Counted from the first letter of the stretch, positions 10,416 to 18,536 are shown. The stretch is DNA of 25,455 nt from a virus (IMGVR_UViG_3300040960_001144:1-25455); one strand, 5' to 3'. A program made the numbers and translations. Notes: generated by a model not told the origin, from the letters alone.

Positions 10416-10718
10416 ATGGCTTTAGAAATAACAGGCACAATAGAATTACAGAGTGGGTTGGTGATTAACTCCGCTTATGCTCGTGTAAATCCAAGATTAA
10501 CAACAGAAGGTGATAAGGTAAGAACCACAACTGAATATTGGTTAAGCGAACAGGATTATTTAGATAAAAAATATCCTATAGATTTTCCCTATATTGGGGC
10601 ATCTACTTTAGATTACGACAGAGCAGTTGATGGAACTGATTTATTGTCGTTCTCAAATGAAAAAATAAAAGAGCAATTGGAAGAGAAGGGTTTTTCAGTT
10701 GTAATAACAGAATTATAA
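10416..10718 (+). CDS. Hypothetical protein (possible fibre assembly chaperone)
   Basis: 100 aa from ATG 10416 (MALEITG...), preceded by an A-rich leader (aaacaaacaaacaaa). It lies within the fibre cluster. Confidence 0.6.
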   Translation: MALEITGTIELQSGLVINSAYARVNPRLTTEGDKVRTTTEYWLSEQDYLDKKYPIDFPYIGASTLDYDRAVDGTDLLSFSNEKIKEQLEEKGFSVVITEL

Positions 10719-10729
10719 TAATTTAAGAT

Positions 10730-11707
10730 ATGGCGAATAAGACAATCCCTCAACTTCCCGAACAGACTGGTAAGACCAACGATGACTTACTCGTCATAGT
10801 TGATAGTGGGGAGACAACGACAAGTAAAATTAAAGTATCAACTTTATTAAGTGGAGTTGGTGGCACTTCATATTTTAGTGCTGATACAACAAATATATTA
10901 CAGATAGATAGAGGACATAGTATAGTATATGGCGACCCCTCTAATGTTGTGGATTACAACTTTTTATTGGGTGGTTCAGGTAATACTATAGATATGAATA
11001 CCAGAACAGGTATAAATAGTAGTAGATGTGTTATTATAGGTGGATTAAACAACAGGATTTTTCCTGGTAGTAATTCAAGACCGAACGACCAAGCGGCTAT
11101 TGTTGGTGGTGAAAACTTAACTTTTGGTAGAGAAAGTAGTAATAGTATTTTATTAGGTGGTTTAAGTAATAGTATTGGTTATGGTTATAGAAGTGCTATT
11201 GTTGGAGGAGAGAGTAATTCATTCTCACAAAATGATATTTTTATCGGTGGTGGTTTTAGTAATTCAGTATTAAATAGTTATTCAGGTATAATTGCTGGTT
11301 ATGATAATTACTTAAGAAGTAATCGTTCATTTATAGGTGGAGGAACATCACATAACATTCAAGCATACGGAAATGTTAATAATGGTATTATTGGTGGAAA
11401 CTCTCACGATGTAGATGTTGTAAATAACACCTTTATCGGTGGTGGTGATACACATATCTTAAGAACCGCAGATAGAAGCGCGATTATTGGAGGACAAAAT
11501 CACACCTTATCAGGACATACAAATAGTGTTATAATTGGTGGTAGTGGTTTTACATCTAATCATAATGACGAGGTTATTGTACCAGCATTAACTATTGCGA
11601 ATTACGCATCATTAGATTTTGCGAGTGATGCTTTAGCAGCCGCAGGAGGTGTCCCATTAGGGGGTGTATATCATAACGCAGGAGCATTAAGAGTAAGAAT
11701 AGTATAA
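10730..11707 (+). CDS. Tail fibre/spike protein with Gly-rich beta-roll repeats
   Basis: About 14 repeats of the form (S/A)-x-I-(I/V)-G-G-x-x-(N/H), resembling a trimeric beta-roll such as the YadA head. N-terminal 'MANKTIPQLP...DDLLVIVDSG..TSKIKVSTL' module and C-terminal 'AAAGGVPLGGVYH'. Confidence 0.7.
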   Translation: MANKTIPQLPEQTGKTNDDLLVIVDSGETTTSKIKVSTLLSGVGGTSYFSADTTNILQIDRGHSIVYGDPSNVVDYNFLLGGSGNTIDMNTRTGINSSRCVIIGGLNNRIFPGSNSRPNDQAAIVGGENLTFGRESSNSILLGGLSNSIGYGYRSAIVGGESNSFSQNDIFIGGGFSNSVLNSYSGIIAGYDNYLRSNRSFIGGGTSHNIQAYGNVNNGIIGGNSHDVDVVNNTFIGGGDTHILRTADRSAIIGGQNHTLSGHTNSVIIGGSGFTSNHNDEVIVPALTIANYASLDFASDALAAAGGVPLGGVYHNAGALRVRIV

Positions 11708-11895
11708 TGAATTATAAGTTCAAGGAGGTTAGGTTAAACTTGGAAAGAGATGAGGTTGAAGTCCTTGTCGCTTTCCAAGAAAAGAGAAACAGATGGCAAA
11801 TAAAGTCATATAAGTATGATGCCAAAGAAAACGAAATTGATATTGACGACCTTATTGAAACAACAAAAAAACTAATTGATGGCGCCAATATATAA
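11707..11895 (+). CDS. Hypothetical protein (62 aa)
   Basis: Start is coupled to the upstream stop (TAATG) and the ORF fills the gap between structural genes. Confidence 0.6.
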   Translation: MNYKFKEVRLNLERDEVEVLVAFQEKRNRWQIKSYKYDAKENEIDIDDLIETTKKLIDGANI

Positions 11896-12769
11896 AAGGG
11901 TTCAGTATCAAAAGTTAAATGGTTTTGATGTGCCCTATTGGGATATTAAAACCTATTTTAATCCTTGTTCTATTTATGATTTATTTTGTTTCTATGCCAC
12001 AAATGGTTTAAGTTTTATAAATGGAACTTATTATGAAACATCATTAAAGGGAATAATAGATTTAACTCCAATTACTCCGAGTAATTGGACTGGCACTATT
12101 ACTTGTGGTTCAAATTATGCTATTTATACAGGTATAACGGCTTCATTAAGCACCGGTGTATGGTCGTTTAATAGTAGTGGTGATTTCCAATTCTTTGAAT
12201 TACTTTCAGGAACTTTAGATTGTGGTGAGACAATAAACACTAAATATGACCTTGTTGCTTATCCTTCACCTTCAACCATAACTTGTAAAAATGTTATTTA
12301 TGCTGATGAAGCAGACCTTGAGGGATACATTACTTATAATAAAGTATGTGATAGTCCTACCCCTTCTATCACTCCAACTATTAGTAATACCCCTTCTATT
12401 ACTCCATCTATCACTTCAACACCTCCACCGAGTAAAAGTCCAACACCTACCGCAACTCCTACCATAACTAATACACCTTCAATTACACCTACGATTACTC
12501 CTACTACTTCACCAAAAGCATCCGCCACTCCAACGGCAACTCCTACACCAAGTCCAACCGACCCTTGTTATTGTAAGTATTATAGTATAGATAATAACGA
12601 TAAAGGTCAAACTTTATCTGTGGAGTATGTGGATTGTGATACATTAAATACTGAAATATTGATTGTGCCAATAGATACAATAACTACCCAGTGTTCTTGT
12701 TCTACACCAATTAGAGTATTCGGTTCAACTGATTATACAATAACATTATTGGGTGCTTGTCCTACATAA
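11879..12769 (+). CDS. Pro/Thr-linker, Cys-rich virion accessory protein
   Basis: ATG at 11879. A ~70-aa PT/PS tract (~12353-12565) separates two Cys-containing beta domains. Its N-terminal motif is shared with the next gene. Confidence 0.65.
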   Translation: MAPIYKRVQYQKLNGFDVPYWDIKTYFNPCSIYDLFCFYATNGLSFINGTYYETSLKGIIDLTPITPSNWTGTITCGSNYAIYTGITASLSTGVWSFNSSGDFQFFELLSGTLDCGETINTKYDLVAYPSPSTITCKNVIYADEADLEGYITYNKVCDSPTPSITPTISNTPSITPSITSTPPPSKSPTPTATPTITNTPSITPTITPTTSPKASATPTATPTPSPTDPCYCKYYSIDNNDKGQTLSVEYVDCDTLNTEILIVPIDTITTQCSCSTPIRVFGSTDYTITLLGACPT

Positions 12770-12780
12770 AATAATTAGAT

Positions 12781-13440
12781 ATGCCAAAATATAACAGAGT
12801 AAAATATTATAGTTTAAATAGACCTTATTGGGATATTGAGGTAATACCAGAACCAAGTCCCTCACCATCACAAACCCCAACTATTACTCCTACGCCAACT
12901 AATACCCCTACTATTACTATTACTCCTACTACTACTATTACTCCTTCAATTACTCCAACTACTACTATTACTCCTTCAATTACTCCAACTCCATCTGCTA
13001 CTCCAACAGGTATTTATCCAAATATGAACTTATCAGGAGCATCGGCATGGAGTTCAACTTGGACTGGTGATTATAGTTATTATGGTATTGGTTATTTACA
13101 ACCTTATACATCAAATTATAGAACAGGAACAGCACCTAATGGTAAAAATTATGCGGTATATACAAAAAACACTAATCCTGATAATATTATTATGGTTATA
13201 ACTTTTGACCCAAGTAATAATAGAGTAAGATTTCAATTAATTAACGCAACAAGCAAAACTTCTTCTGGATGGACTGATGGAGAAGCAACATCACCTAATA
13301 CAGGTATTTATGATAGTGAATGGGCTGATATATCTAATGAATGTTTAACTGATGGTATATATCATTTATGTGCGGGAACATACAATAATAATAACCCTTC
13401 TCCATCAATTTATGAAAACATAATCACATATAGTTATTAA
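12781..13440 (+). CDS. Pro/Thr-linker virion accessory protein
   Basis: Short N-terminal motif 'YNRVKYYSLNRPYWDI', then a PT tract (~12847-13008) and a beta-rich C-terminal domain. Confidence 0.65.
   Translation: MPKYNRVKYYSLNRPYWDIEVIPEPSPSPSQTPTITPTPTNTPTITITPTTTITPSITPTTTITPSITPTPSATPTGIYPNMNLSGASAWSSTWTGDYSYYGIGYLQPYTSNYRTGTAPNGKNYAVYTKNTNPDNIIMVITFDPSNNRVRFQLINATSKTSSGWTDGEATSPNTGIYDSEWADISNECLTDGIYHLCAGTYNNNNPSPSIYENIITYSY
12931..12990 (+). repeat. Perfect 30-bp tandem duplication (TTITPSITPT x2)
   Basis: actactattactccttcaattactccaact occurs at 12931-12960 and again at 12961-12990. Confidence 0.95.
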
Positions 13441-13454
13441 GATATTTATAGATA

Positions 13455-14441
13455 ATGTTAAAAATATCAGCAAATACAGATAATACGATTTGGGTTAATG
13501 CTTCAAGGAACAAGACCTTAACTAATCCAACATATCTTATGTCTTTGGAACATCAAGTTTCAGGGGATAGGACTTATTTTATTCCGCAGAATATATCATC
13601 ATTTTCTGGTTCATCTGCTTATGACCCCCGTGTTGATATTTTTAAGTTCGGTGTCTATGAGGAAGGTGTTAATCTAACAGGGGGAACGAGGTATTGGACT
13701 AAACAAAGACCACCGGCATTAGTATATAATGAAGCCCCAACATATACATCAGGTAATCTTCAAGGAACAGATAAACTATATTACGACCAACTATTTATTA
13801 TACCAAATTTATTAGGAACATTACGCATATCTTATGATACTCCAAATGAAGGTGAGATATTCACCGGTGGGACATTCTTTGCTGATGGTGTTGATTTAAC
13901 TGCTCCTATGGGTTTTGGAACAACTGCTGGTGGTAATTTAGATTATGGAATACCTTATGCTCAAGTTCCTTTGGCAACAACTAATCAGGGTTGGACGGCT
14001 ACAACCTTTACATACACATTAGAGACCAATTCAGGTAGAACCTTTAGTGATACAATATATCTCGCATCTATGGAAGAGATAGGTAATATCAAGCCGTGGG
14101 AATATTATGGTGATGAATACCAAGACAACTTTAGAAGACCAAATTATCCAATCACATATCTTGGTGAGACAAGTATTAACTTAAAAGATTATGGTTGGTA
14201 TTATTATAGGATATACGAACAAACCTCACAAACGAACTTAAACCCTTCTTTGGCTACAAATGTTGTTGATGAGGGCGTATTATATCTATACCCCCCACCA
14301 CCCGATGAGGTGAGTTATACAGGATATTCCAATAGTGAAATAACTATTTATGATGAGGACAAAGTCCCAACATATCATATTTTACAAGAAAACGAATATC
14401 ACTTATTAACAGAAAATAACGAATTATTAAGACAAGAATAA
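13455..14441 (+). CDS. Virion structural protein (head-tail region, putative)
   Basis: 328 aa with 'TLTNPTYLMSL' near the N-terminus, 'GWYYYRIYEQTSQTNLNPSLATNVVDEG' later, and a terminal 'ILQENEYHLLTENNELLRQE' motif. It lies just upstream of the portal block. Confidence 0.55.
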   Translation: MLKISANTDNTIWVNASRNKTLTNPTYLMSLEHQVSGDRTYFIPQNISSFSGSSAYDPRVDIFKFGVYEEGVNLTGGTRYWTKQRPPALVYNEAPTYTSGNLQGTDKLYYDQLFIIPNLLGTLRISYDTPNEGEIFTGGTFFADGVDLTAPMGFGTTAGGNLDYGIPYAQVPLATTNQGWTATTFTYTLETNSGRTFSDTIYLASMEEIGNIKPWEYYGDEYQDNFRRPNYPITYLGETSINLKDYGWYYYRIYEQTSQTNLNPSLATNVVDEGVLYLYPPPPDEVSYTGYSNSEITIYDEDKVPTYHILQENEYHLLTENNELLRQE

Positions 14442-14872
14442 TGGATAAGAAAATATCACAATTAACACAACTCACAGCGAGAACAGAACAAGATGTTATT
14501 GCTATTGTAAATGGAGGTTCAACAAAGAAAATATCTGTTGAAGATTTTATCAGAGAACCCGTTATAAATGCTGGTAATGTATCAGGGTCTTTCTCTGTTG
14601 ATTTATCACAAGGAAGGTGGTTTATATTCACTCTCACGGGTAATGTAAGTGTTGAACTATCTAATGAAAAGGAAGGTGAAGAGTTTGTCTTTTGGGTATA
14701 TTCAAATGGAAACTATGCTGTTAATAATATGACTTTAACATCAGGAGGAAATGTCTATTCTGTTGGTGGTAATCTACCCAATCCAAATAATAATTCTTGG
14801 AACTTCTATAGAGGATTTGTAATAAATGGTGGGTTAGTATTAACAGAAATTGGTAATTTCGCAGCAGTATAA
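14441..14872 (+). CDS. Short fibre/spike-like protein
   Basis: TAATG-coupled to the upstream gene. N-terminal 'MDKKISQL....EQDVIAIVNGGSTKKISVEDF' resembles the N-terminus of 10730..11707, followed by a beta-rich 'VDLSQG..F.FTLTGNV' domain. Confidence 0.6.
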   Translation: MDKKISQLTQLTARTEQDVIAIVNGGSTKKISVEDFIREPVINAGNVSGSFSVDLSQGRWFIFTLTGNVSVELSNEKEGEEFVFWVYSNGNYAVNNMTLTSGGNVYSVGGNLPNPNNNSWNFYRGFVINGGLVLTEIGNFAAV

Positions 14873-14884
14873 TATTTATAAGAT

Positions 14885-15967
14885 ATGAAAGATACACAAT
14901 TCCAAGCATTCGGTAGAAAAATAGATAGTGTTAATCGCTTTGAAGAGAAGGTGGTTAGAAATCAAGATTGGGTAAATTGGGGAAGTGAAAACAACTTCCC
15001 TGAAACTCTATATGACTATATTGACTATAACCCCACACATAACGCTTGTATTAACGCAAAAGTGAGAAACTCAATAGGTCAGGGGTTCGTAGATGGTAAT
15101 AAACTTGCGAACTCAACTCAAGAGTTAAATGAGTTCTTTATGGAGTTCGCCACAGAGTATATAACGACAGGAAATGTCTTTGTGGAGTGTGTATGGTCTG
15201 CTGATAGGACAGAGGGTCTAAATGGTATTTATGTCCTTCCCTCGTCGTCTGTAAGGGTTCAAAAGAAGGATAGTATAGATGCCGAACAAGACACTTATTA
15301 TTATTGTGAAAATTGGGAAGACCACAGAAATAAAAAGATTATTGAGTTCAATAAATTAGACCCGAACAATCAAAACAACAGACAAATCTTCCATATCAAG
15401 AATTACGCACCGGGTTATAACTATTATGGTTCTCCTGACTATATGTCAGTTATTAACGATATTAGATTGGCTCATCAAATAACATTATTCCATTTATCTA
15501 ATATCTTAAATGGTGGATTACCTGGTCTATGGGTTAATTTTAACAACGGAATACCAGACAGCGACAACGAACAAAGAACGATGTTGGCAAAGATTGAAGA
15601 GAGATTTTCAGGAGCCGAAGGTGCTGGCAAGACGATGGTAAGTTTTAGTGATGGAGCAGAACTGGCACCAACAATCACACAAATCCCCACAAATACTCAC
15701 GATGGATATTATACAGAGATATTTGAATTAGTCCAAAGACAAATCTTGTCGGGACACAAAATAACTTCAGGATTATTAATTGGATTGAATAACGGGGGTG
15801 GTCTTGGGTCTAACGCCGATGAGATTAACCAATCGTTCCAAGTGTTCTTAAATACAACCATCAAACCTTTACAGATGGAGATGGTAGTTCAAATGGAGCC
15901 TTTGATTAAGTTGTTATACCCCAACGAACAAATAAATCTTGATATAATACAAAATCAAATATTATGA
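14885..15967 (+). CDS. Portal protein
   Basis: 360 aa with the portal-type pattern 'WVNWGSENNFP..L......PTHNACINAK...GQG', 'YYGSPDY', 'FSGAEGAGK', 'QILSGHKITS.LLIGL....GLGSNADEI' and 'TTIKPLQ'. Confidence 0.85.
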   Translation: MKDTQFQAFGRKIDSVNRFEEKVVRNQDWVNWGSENNFPETLYDYIDYNPTHNACINAKVRNSIGQGFVDGNKLANSTQELNEFFMEFATEYITTGNVFVECVWSADRTEGLNGIYVLPSSSVRVQKKDSIDAEQDTYYYCENWEDHRNKKIIEFNKLDPNNQNNRQIFHIKNYAPGYNYYGSPDYMSVINDIRLAHQITLFHLSNILNGGLPGLWVNFNNGIPDSDNEQRTMLAKIEERFSGAEGAGKTMVSFSDGAELAPTITQIPTNTHDGYYTEIFELVQRQILSGHKITSGLLIGLNNGGGLGSNADEINQSFQVFLNTTIKPLQMEMVVQMEPLIKLLYPNEQINLDIIQNQIL

Positions 15968-16542
15968 TTACAGCATATTTCGTATCAGAACAGAAGTTAA
16001 AAGAATATACACCCGTCAATCAAAATGTGGATAGTGGTAAATTAGTATCCGCTATTCGTATAGCACAAGACATAGTTGCCAAAGAAGCCTTGGGACAATC
16101 TCTATATGAGAAGATGATGGAACTTGTCTCTTCAGGTGATATATCTTTATCGGGTAATGTAAATTACAAGAACCTATTGGATAATTACATCGTCCCTTGT
16201 TGTATGTGGAACGCATATTACATCTCACTTGATTTTGCGTTGGTAGAATACGCTAATGCTGGTCTGGTGAGTAATAACACCGAACAAGGTGCTTCAGTTG
16301 ATTTGGCGACCTTTAAAACGATTAAGAGTGGCTCCAAACATACTGCCGATTTCTATACAGAGAAGTTGAAGATGTGGTTGAATAATAACACATCGTTATA
16401 TCCTGAATACGACAGAGAAAATCCTGGTGAGACAGAACCTGATAGAAGCACATATTCTACAGGAATTGTCTTTGATACTCCAAGTGGTTATTGTAGAGAT
16501 GAATGGTTATTTTGTGGGGGGTTTGATAAGGGGAACAATTAA
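15964..16542 (+). CDS. Head-tail adaptor/connector (putative; DUF6712-like)
   Basis: ATGA overlap with the portal gene. Helical protein with 'FVSEQKLKEYTPVNQNVD...IRIAQD....LGQSLY...YKNLLDNYI.P' and 'YPEY'. Confidence 0.6.
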   Translation: MITAYFVSEQKLKEYTPVNQNVDSGKLVSAIRIAQDIVAKEALGQSLYEKMMELVSSGDISLSGNVNYKNLLDNYIVPCCMWNAYYISLDFALVEYANAGLVSNNTEQGASVDLATFKTIKSGSKHTADFYTEKLKMWLNNNTSLYPEYDRENPGETEPDRSTYSTGIVFDTPSGYCRDEWLFCGGFDKGNN

Positions 16543-16555
16543 GTTCCCCTTTTTT
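16528..16555 (+). terminator. Terminator between convergent transcription units (possibly bidirectional)
   Basis: AAGGGGAAC-aattaa-GTTCCCCTT is a perfect 9-bp stem followed by further Ts, at the junction of the + and - gene blocks. Confidence 0.85.
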
Positions 16556-16557
16556 AA

Positions 16558-16809
16558 TTAACTCCAAATATCCGCTTTATTCCATTCAATAATACTTTGA
16601 AGGTTGTAAGTGCGTTTTTCTTTTGGACTTACGCCGTAAGCCAGTAATAGACCTTTATTTTCACCACTACGAGCACCTTTTGGTAGAAGTTCTACTCGTT
16701 GAAATCGTTGGTCTCCATCAATCCATTCTTCTACAGATAAGGTCTTGGTTGCGTATTTGTCGGTAATCCGTTTTTTGAATGTGTAAGTCATAGTGTTTTT
16801 GTTTTTCAT
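16558..16809 (-). CDS. Stand-alone WYL-like (Sm/SH3-fold) protein
   Basis: 'RVELLPKG...LLLAYG..PKEKRTYNLQSI' parallels the WYL consensus R-x-V-E-P...(WY)L-x-A...R-T-F-R-L-D-R-I. The gene has its own promoter and flanking terminators. Confidence 0.55.
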   Translation of the reverse strand: MKNKNTMTYTFKKRITDKYATKTLSVEEWIDGDQRFQRVELLPKGARSGENKGLLLAYGVSPKEKRTYNLQSIIEWNKADIWS

Positions 16810-16813
16810 ATCA

Positions 16814-16844
16814 CAAAGATAAGCCTTTTTCTTTAACCACCAAA
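16814..16844 (-). promoter_or_regulatory. Bacteroidota housekeeping-sigma promoter, leaderless
   Basis: Minus strand reads TTTG(16844-16841)-N19-TATCTTTG(16821-16814)-tgat-ATG(16809), an exact match to the -33/-7 consensus. Confidence 0.8.
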
Positions 16845-16871
16845 AAAAATGGGAACTTTTTTAGTTCCCAT
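16842..16871 (-). terminator. Rho-independent terminator for the leftward accessory operon
   Basis: ATGGGAACT-ttttt-AGTTCCCAT forms a 9-bp stem, and the A run at 16842-16849 gives a U tract on the minus-strand transcript. Confidence 0.8.
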
Positions 16872-16974
16872 ATCCATCGGTTATGTATATATCCTCTTTC
16901 TCTCTCTCCTGATGGTATTTCTCATACATTATTTCAACATACCGAGCCCAAGCAATCTTTCTTTCATTTTCCAT
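16861..16974 (-). CDS. 37-aa hypothetical protein (not in ORF track)
   Basis: MENERKIAWARYVEIMYEKYHQEREKEDIYITDGYGN*. It overlaps the end of the upstream gene and stops within the terminator hairpin. Confidence 0.5.
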   Translation of the reverse strand: MENERKIAWARYVEIMYEKYHQEREKEDIYITDGYGN

Positions 16975-17329
16975 CTTTCATATATCCATTTTCAAATTTC
17001 CATAAATCAAACCAACCTTCTTCATAACCCAACTTTTCCCACTTATCTCTTTTCTGTTTTTGTCTTTTCAATAACAATTCTTTTTGTTCCGTCTCATCTT
17101 CAACATAAGAATATATACCTTCTCTTACTTCTTTAATCATTCCAAAATCCAATAACTCACTCCATCGTGCGCTTAATGTTCCTGGTCTAAAGTGTGGTAA
17201 TAATGCTTCAACTTCATATAAGGTTCTGTCTTTTACTTTGAATACTTCCAATAACTCTTTTCTTTTAGTCATCTGTTCGGGGTCATTTACGACCCTTAAG
17301 AATGTGTTATACGAATGTATTGTTCCCAT
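16964..17329 (-). CDS. Winged helix-turn-helix DNA-binding protein (putative)
   Basis: 'RKELLEVFK...RTLYEVEALL.....GTLSARWSELLDFGMIKEV' fits a wHTH pattern. Confidence 0.6.
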   Translation of the reverse strand: MGTIHSYNTFLRVVNDPEQMTKRKELLEVFKVKDRTLYEVEALLPHFRPGTLSARWSELLDFGMIKEVREGIYSYVEDETEQKELLLKRQKQKRDKWEKLGYEEGWFDLWKFENGYMKDGK

Positions 17330-17330
17330 T

Positions 17331-17543
17331 TTATTTTTTCTTTAATGTGTTAATGTATGTATCAATACTTTCAAGTCGTGTTCCAAGTTCTTTGGAATAT
17401 CCATTTTCAACATAATCCACCATAACATTTGTTATTGCGACCATATCCTTAAGTGATAGACATACCCCACAATCTTTACTCCACTCACTTACGAGTTTGA
17501 GTTGTGATTGTCTTGCGATAGATGTTCCCGTGTTGTTTTTCAT
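17331..17543 (-). CDS. Hypothetical protein (70 aa)
   Basis: Tightly packed ORF with an 'IARQSQLK' motif and an upstream TATATTTG promoter element. Confidence 0.65.
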   Translation of the reverse strand: MKNNTGTSIARQSQLKLVSEWSKDCGVCLSLKDMVAITNVMVDYVENGYSKELGTRLESIDTYINTLKKK

Positions 17544-17574
17544 ATTGCTCCTTTTTTAATGATTATTTATATCA

Positions 17575-17606
17575 CAAATATAGGAACGATATGAATATAA
17601 GTCAAT
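17575..17606 (-). promoter_or_regulatory. Bacteroidota-type promoter
   Basis: Minus strand reads ATTG(17606-17603)-N20-TATATTTG(17582-17575), followed by TGATAT as in the 16814 promoter. Confidence 0.6.
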
Positions 17607-17955
17607 ACATCTTACTTATTTTTTCATCAATACCATAATCTAATAAACGGAGTTGTCCCTTGTATAACCCCCAATTATCCTTATTATGTAAATCACAATT
17701 ATCAAATTGAAATTGTGGTATAAGTGTTTTGATTAGTTGAACTACTGATTTGTTTATACTTTGGACTGGTTCAACTCTTTCTTGTATTACGACCCCATAT
17801 CTCTCGTATAACAGAGGAACTAATAGATTGGTATGTCTGTATTCATTCCATACTTTTCTTTCGTTCTTACCTTGTAAATAACCCCTATAACTCAAAGGTA
17901 TTTTGTATGCTCTGTTCTTGGTTAATATAACCAATCTTGTTGAATACTTTATCAC
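17602..17955 (-). CDS. Miniature protein-kinase-like fold protein
   Basis: Ordered motifs AYK18IP (beta3 Lys), E32 (alphaC Glu), VVIQER (hinge), D88LH...N94WG (catalytic loop) and LLD106YG (DFG-like). GTG start overlaps the upstream stop (GTGA). Confidence 0.65.
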   Translation of the reverse strand: MIKYSTRLVILTKNRAYKIPLSYRGYLQGKNERKVWNEYRHTNLLVPLLYERYGVVIQERVEPVQSINKSVVQLIKTLIPQFQFDNCDLHNKDNWGLYKGQLRLLDYGIDEKISKMY

Positions 17956-18083
17956 TTATTTTTCCACTTTGAATAACAAATGGCGGCTGCTTGGTCTGCT
18001 GGTTTTCCTGCTTTTCTTTCTGTGGAGATACAACGACTTATGAATGTTGCTTTGTCTTCTCCTGACTTTGGTTCTATTGGCAT
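17952..18083 (-). CDS. 43-aa phage microprotein (not in ORF track)
   Basis: MPIEPKSGEDKATFISRCISTERKAGKPADQAAAICYSKWKNK*. The 'P..GE....FISRC...QA.AICY..W' pattern is one I recognise from phage proteins, and the gene is coupled to the kinase-like gene. Confidence 0.7.
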   Translation of the reverse strand: MPIEPKSGEDKATFISRCISTERKAGKPADQAAAICYSKWKNK

Positions 18084-18113
18084 ATCTTAAAACTGATTTT
18101 AAGGTGGTTTATT

Positions 18114-18536
18114 TTAATTATCTTCCCTTTCGTAGTATGGTATATCATCAAACTCCAATTTAACCCCGTATCTGTCCTCTACTCGTTTTCCAAATTGTTC
18201 CCATATTGGTTGTTCCAAATCATATCCCATTCTGATAAGGTATTGTTCCATTTCTCTATCATCTTGAAGTTTATGATATTTTAGATTTAAATGACGACCA
18301 GTAGGTTCAACCCAAGATGTTCCATACTCTTTATTCTTTTGGGTCATAATACTTCTCTTCTTACTACTTCTGTTTTTCTTTTTACATTCAAGACAATACC
18401 CATCAATCTTAAATGACTTGGAAGAGTTCTTACCCATATCTGTTTCAGGTTTGTAGGTATTACATTTTACACATCTGTAATACCATAGTCCGTTCTCTCC
18501 CATTATTCTTTTCTTTGTTTCAAAAGGTCTTGCCAT
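18114..18536 (-). CDS. Zn-ribbon (CxxC...CxxC) protein
   Basis: 'RCVKCNTYKP...GYCLECKK'. Start reassigned to ATG 18536 (MARPFETKK) because ATATTTAT-N4 precedes it. Confidence 0.65.
   Translation of the reverse strand: MARPFETKKRIMGENGLWYYRCVKCNTYKPETDMGKNSSKSFKIDGYCLECKKKNRSSKKRSIMTQKNKEYGTSWVEPTGRHLNLKYHKLQDDREMEQYLIRMGYDLEQPIWEQFGKRVEDRYGVKLEFDDIPYYEREDN

Noticed and set aside
12334-13008. PT-tract repeats as a possible CRISPR array or DGR template/variable repeat pair
   Set aside because: The repeats are in-frame, codon-degenerate and lack spacers. No reverse transcriptase or adenine-specific mismatch pair was seen.
16849-17136. 95-aa hydrophobic + strand ORF
   Set aside because: It is antisense to two better-supported minus-strand genes; the hydrophobicity comes from the T-rich complement.
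17544-17557. Shine-Dalgarno-like AAGGAG before the 17543 start
   Set aside because: Single instance; most other starts have A-rich leaders without SD, so it does not overturn the Bacteroidota-host inference.
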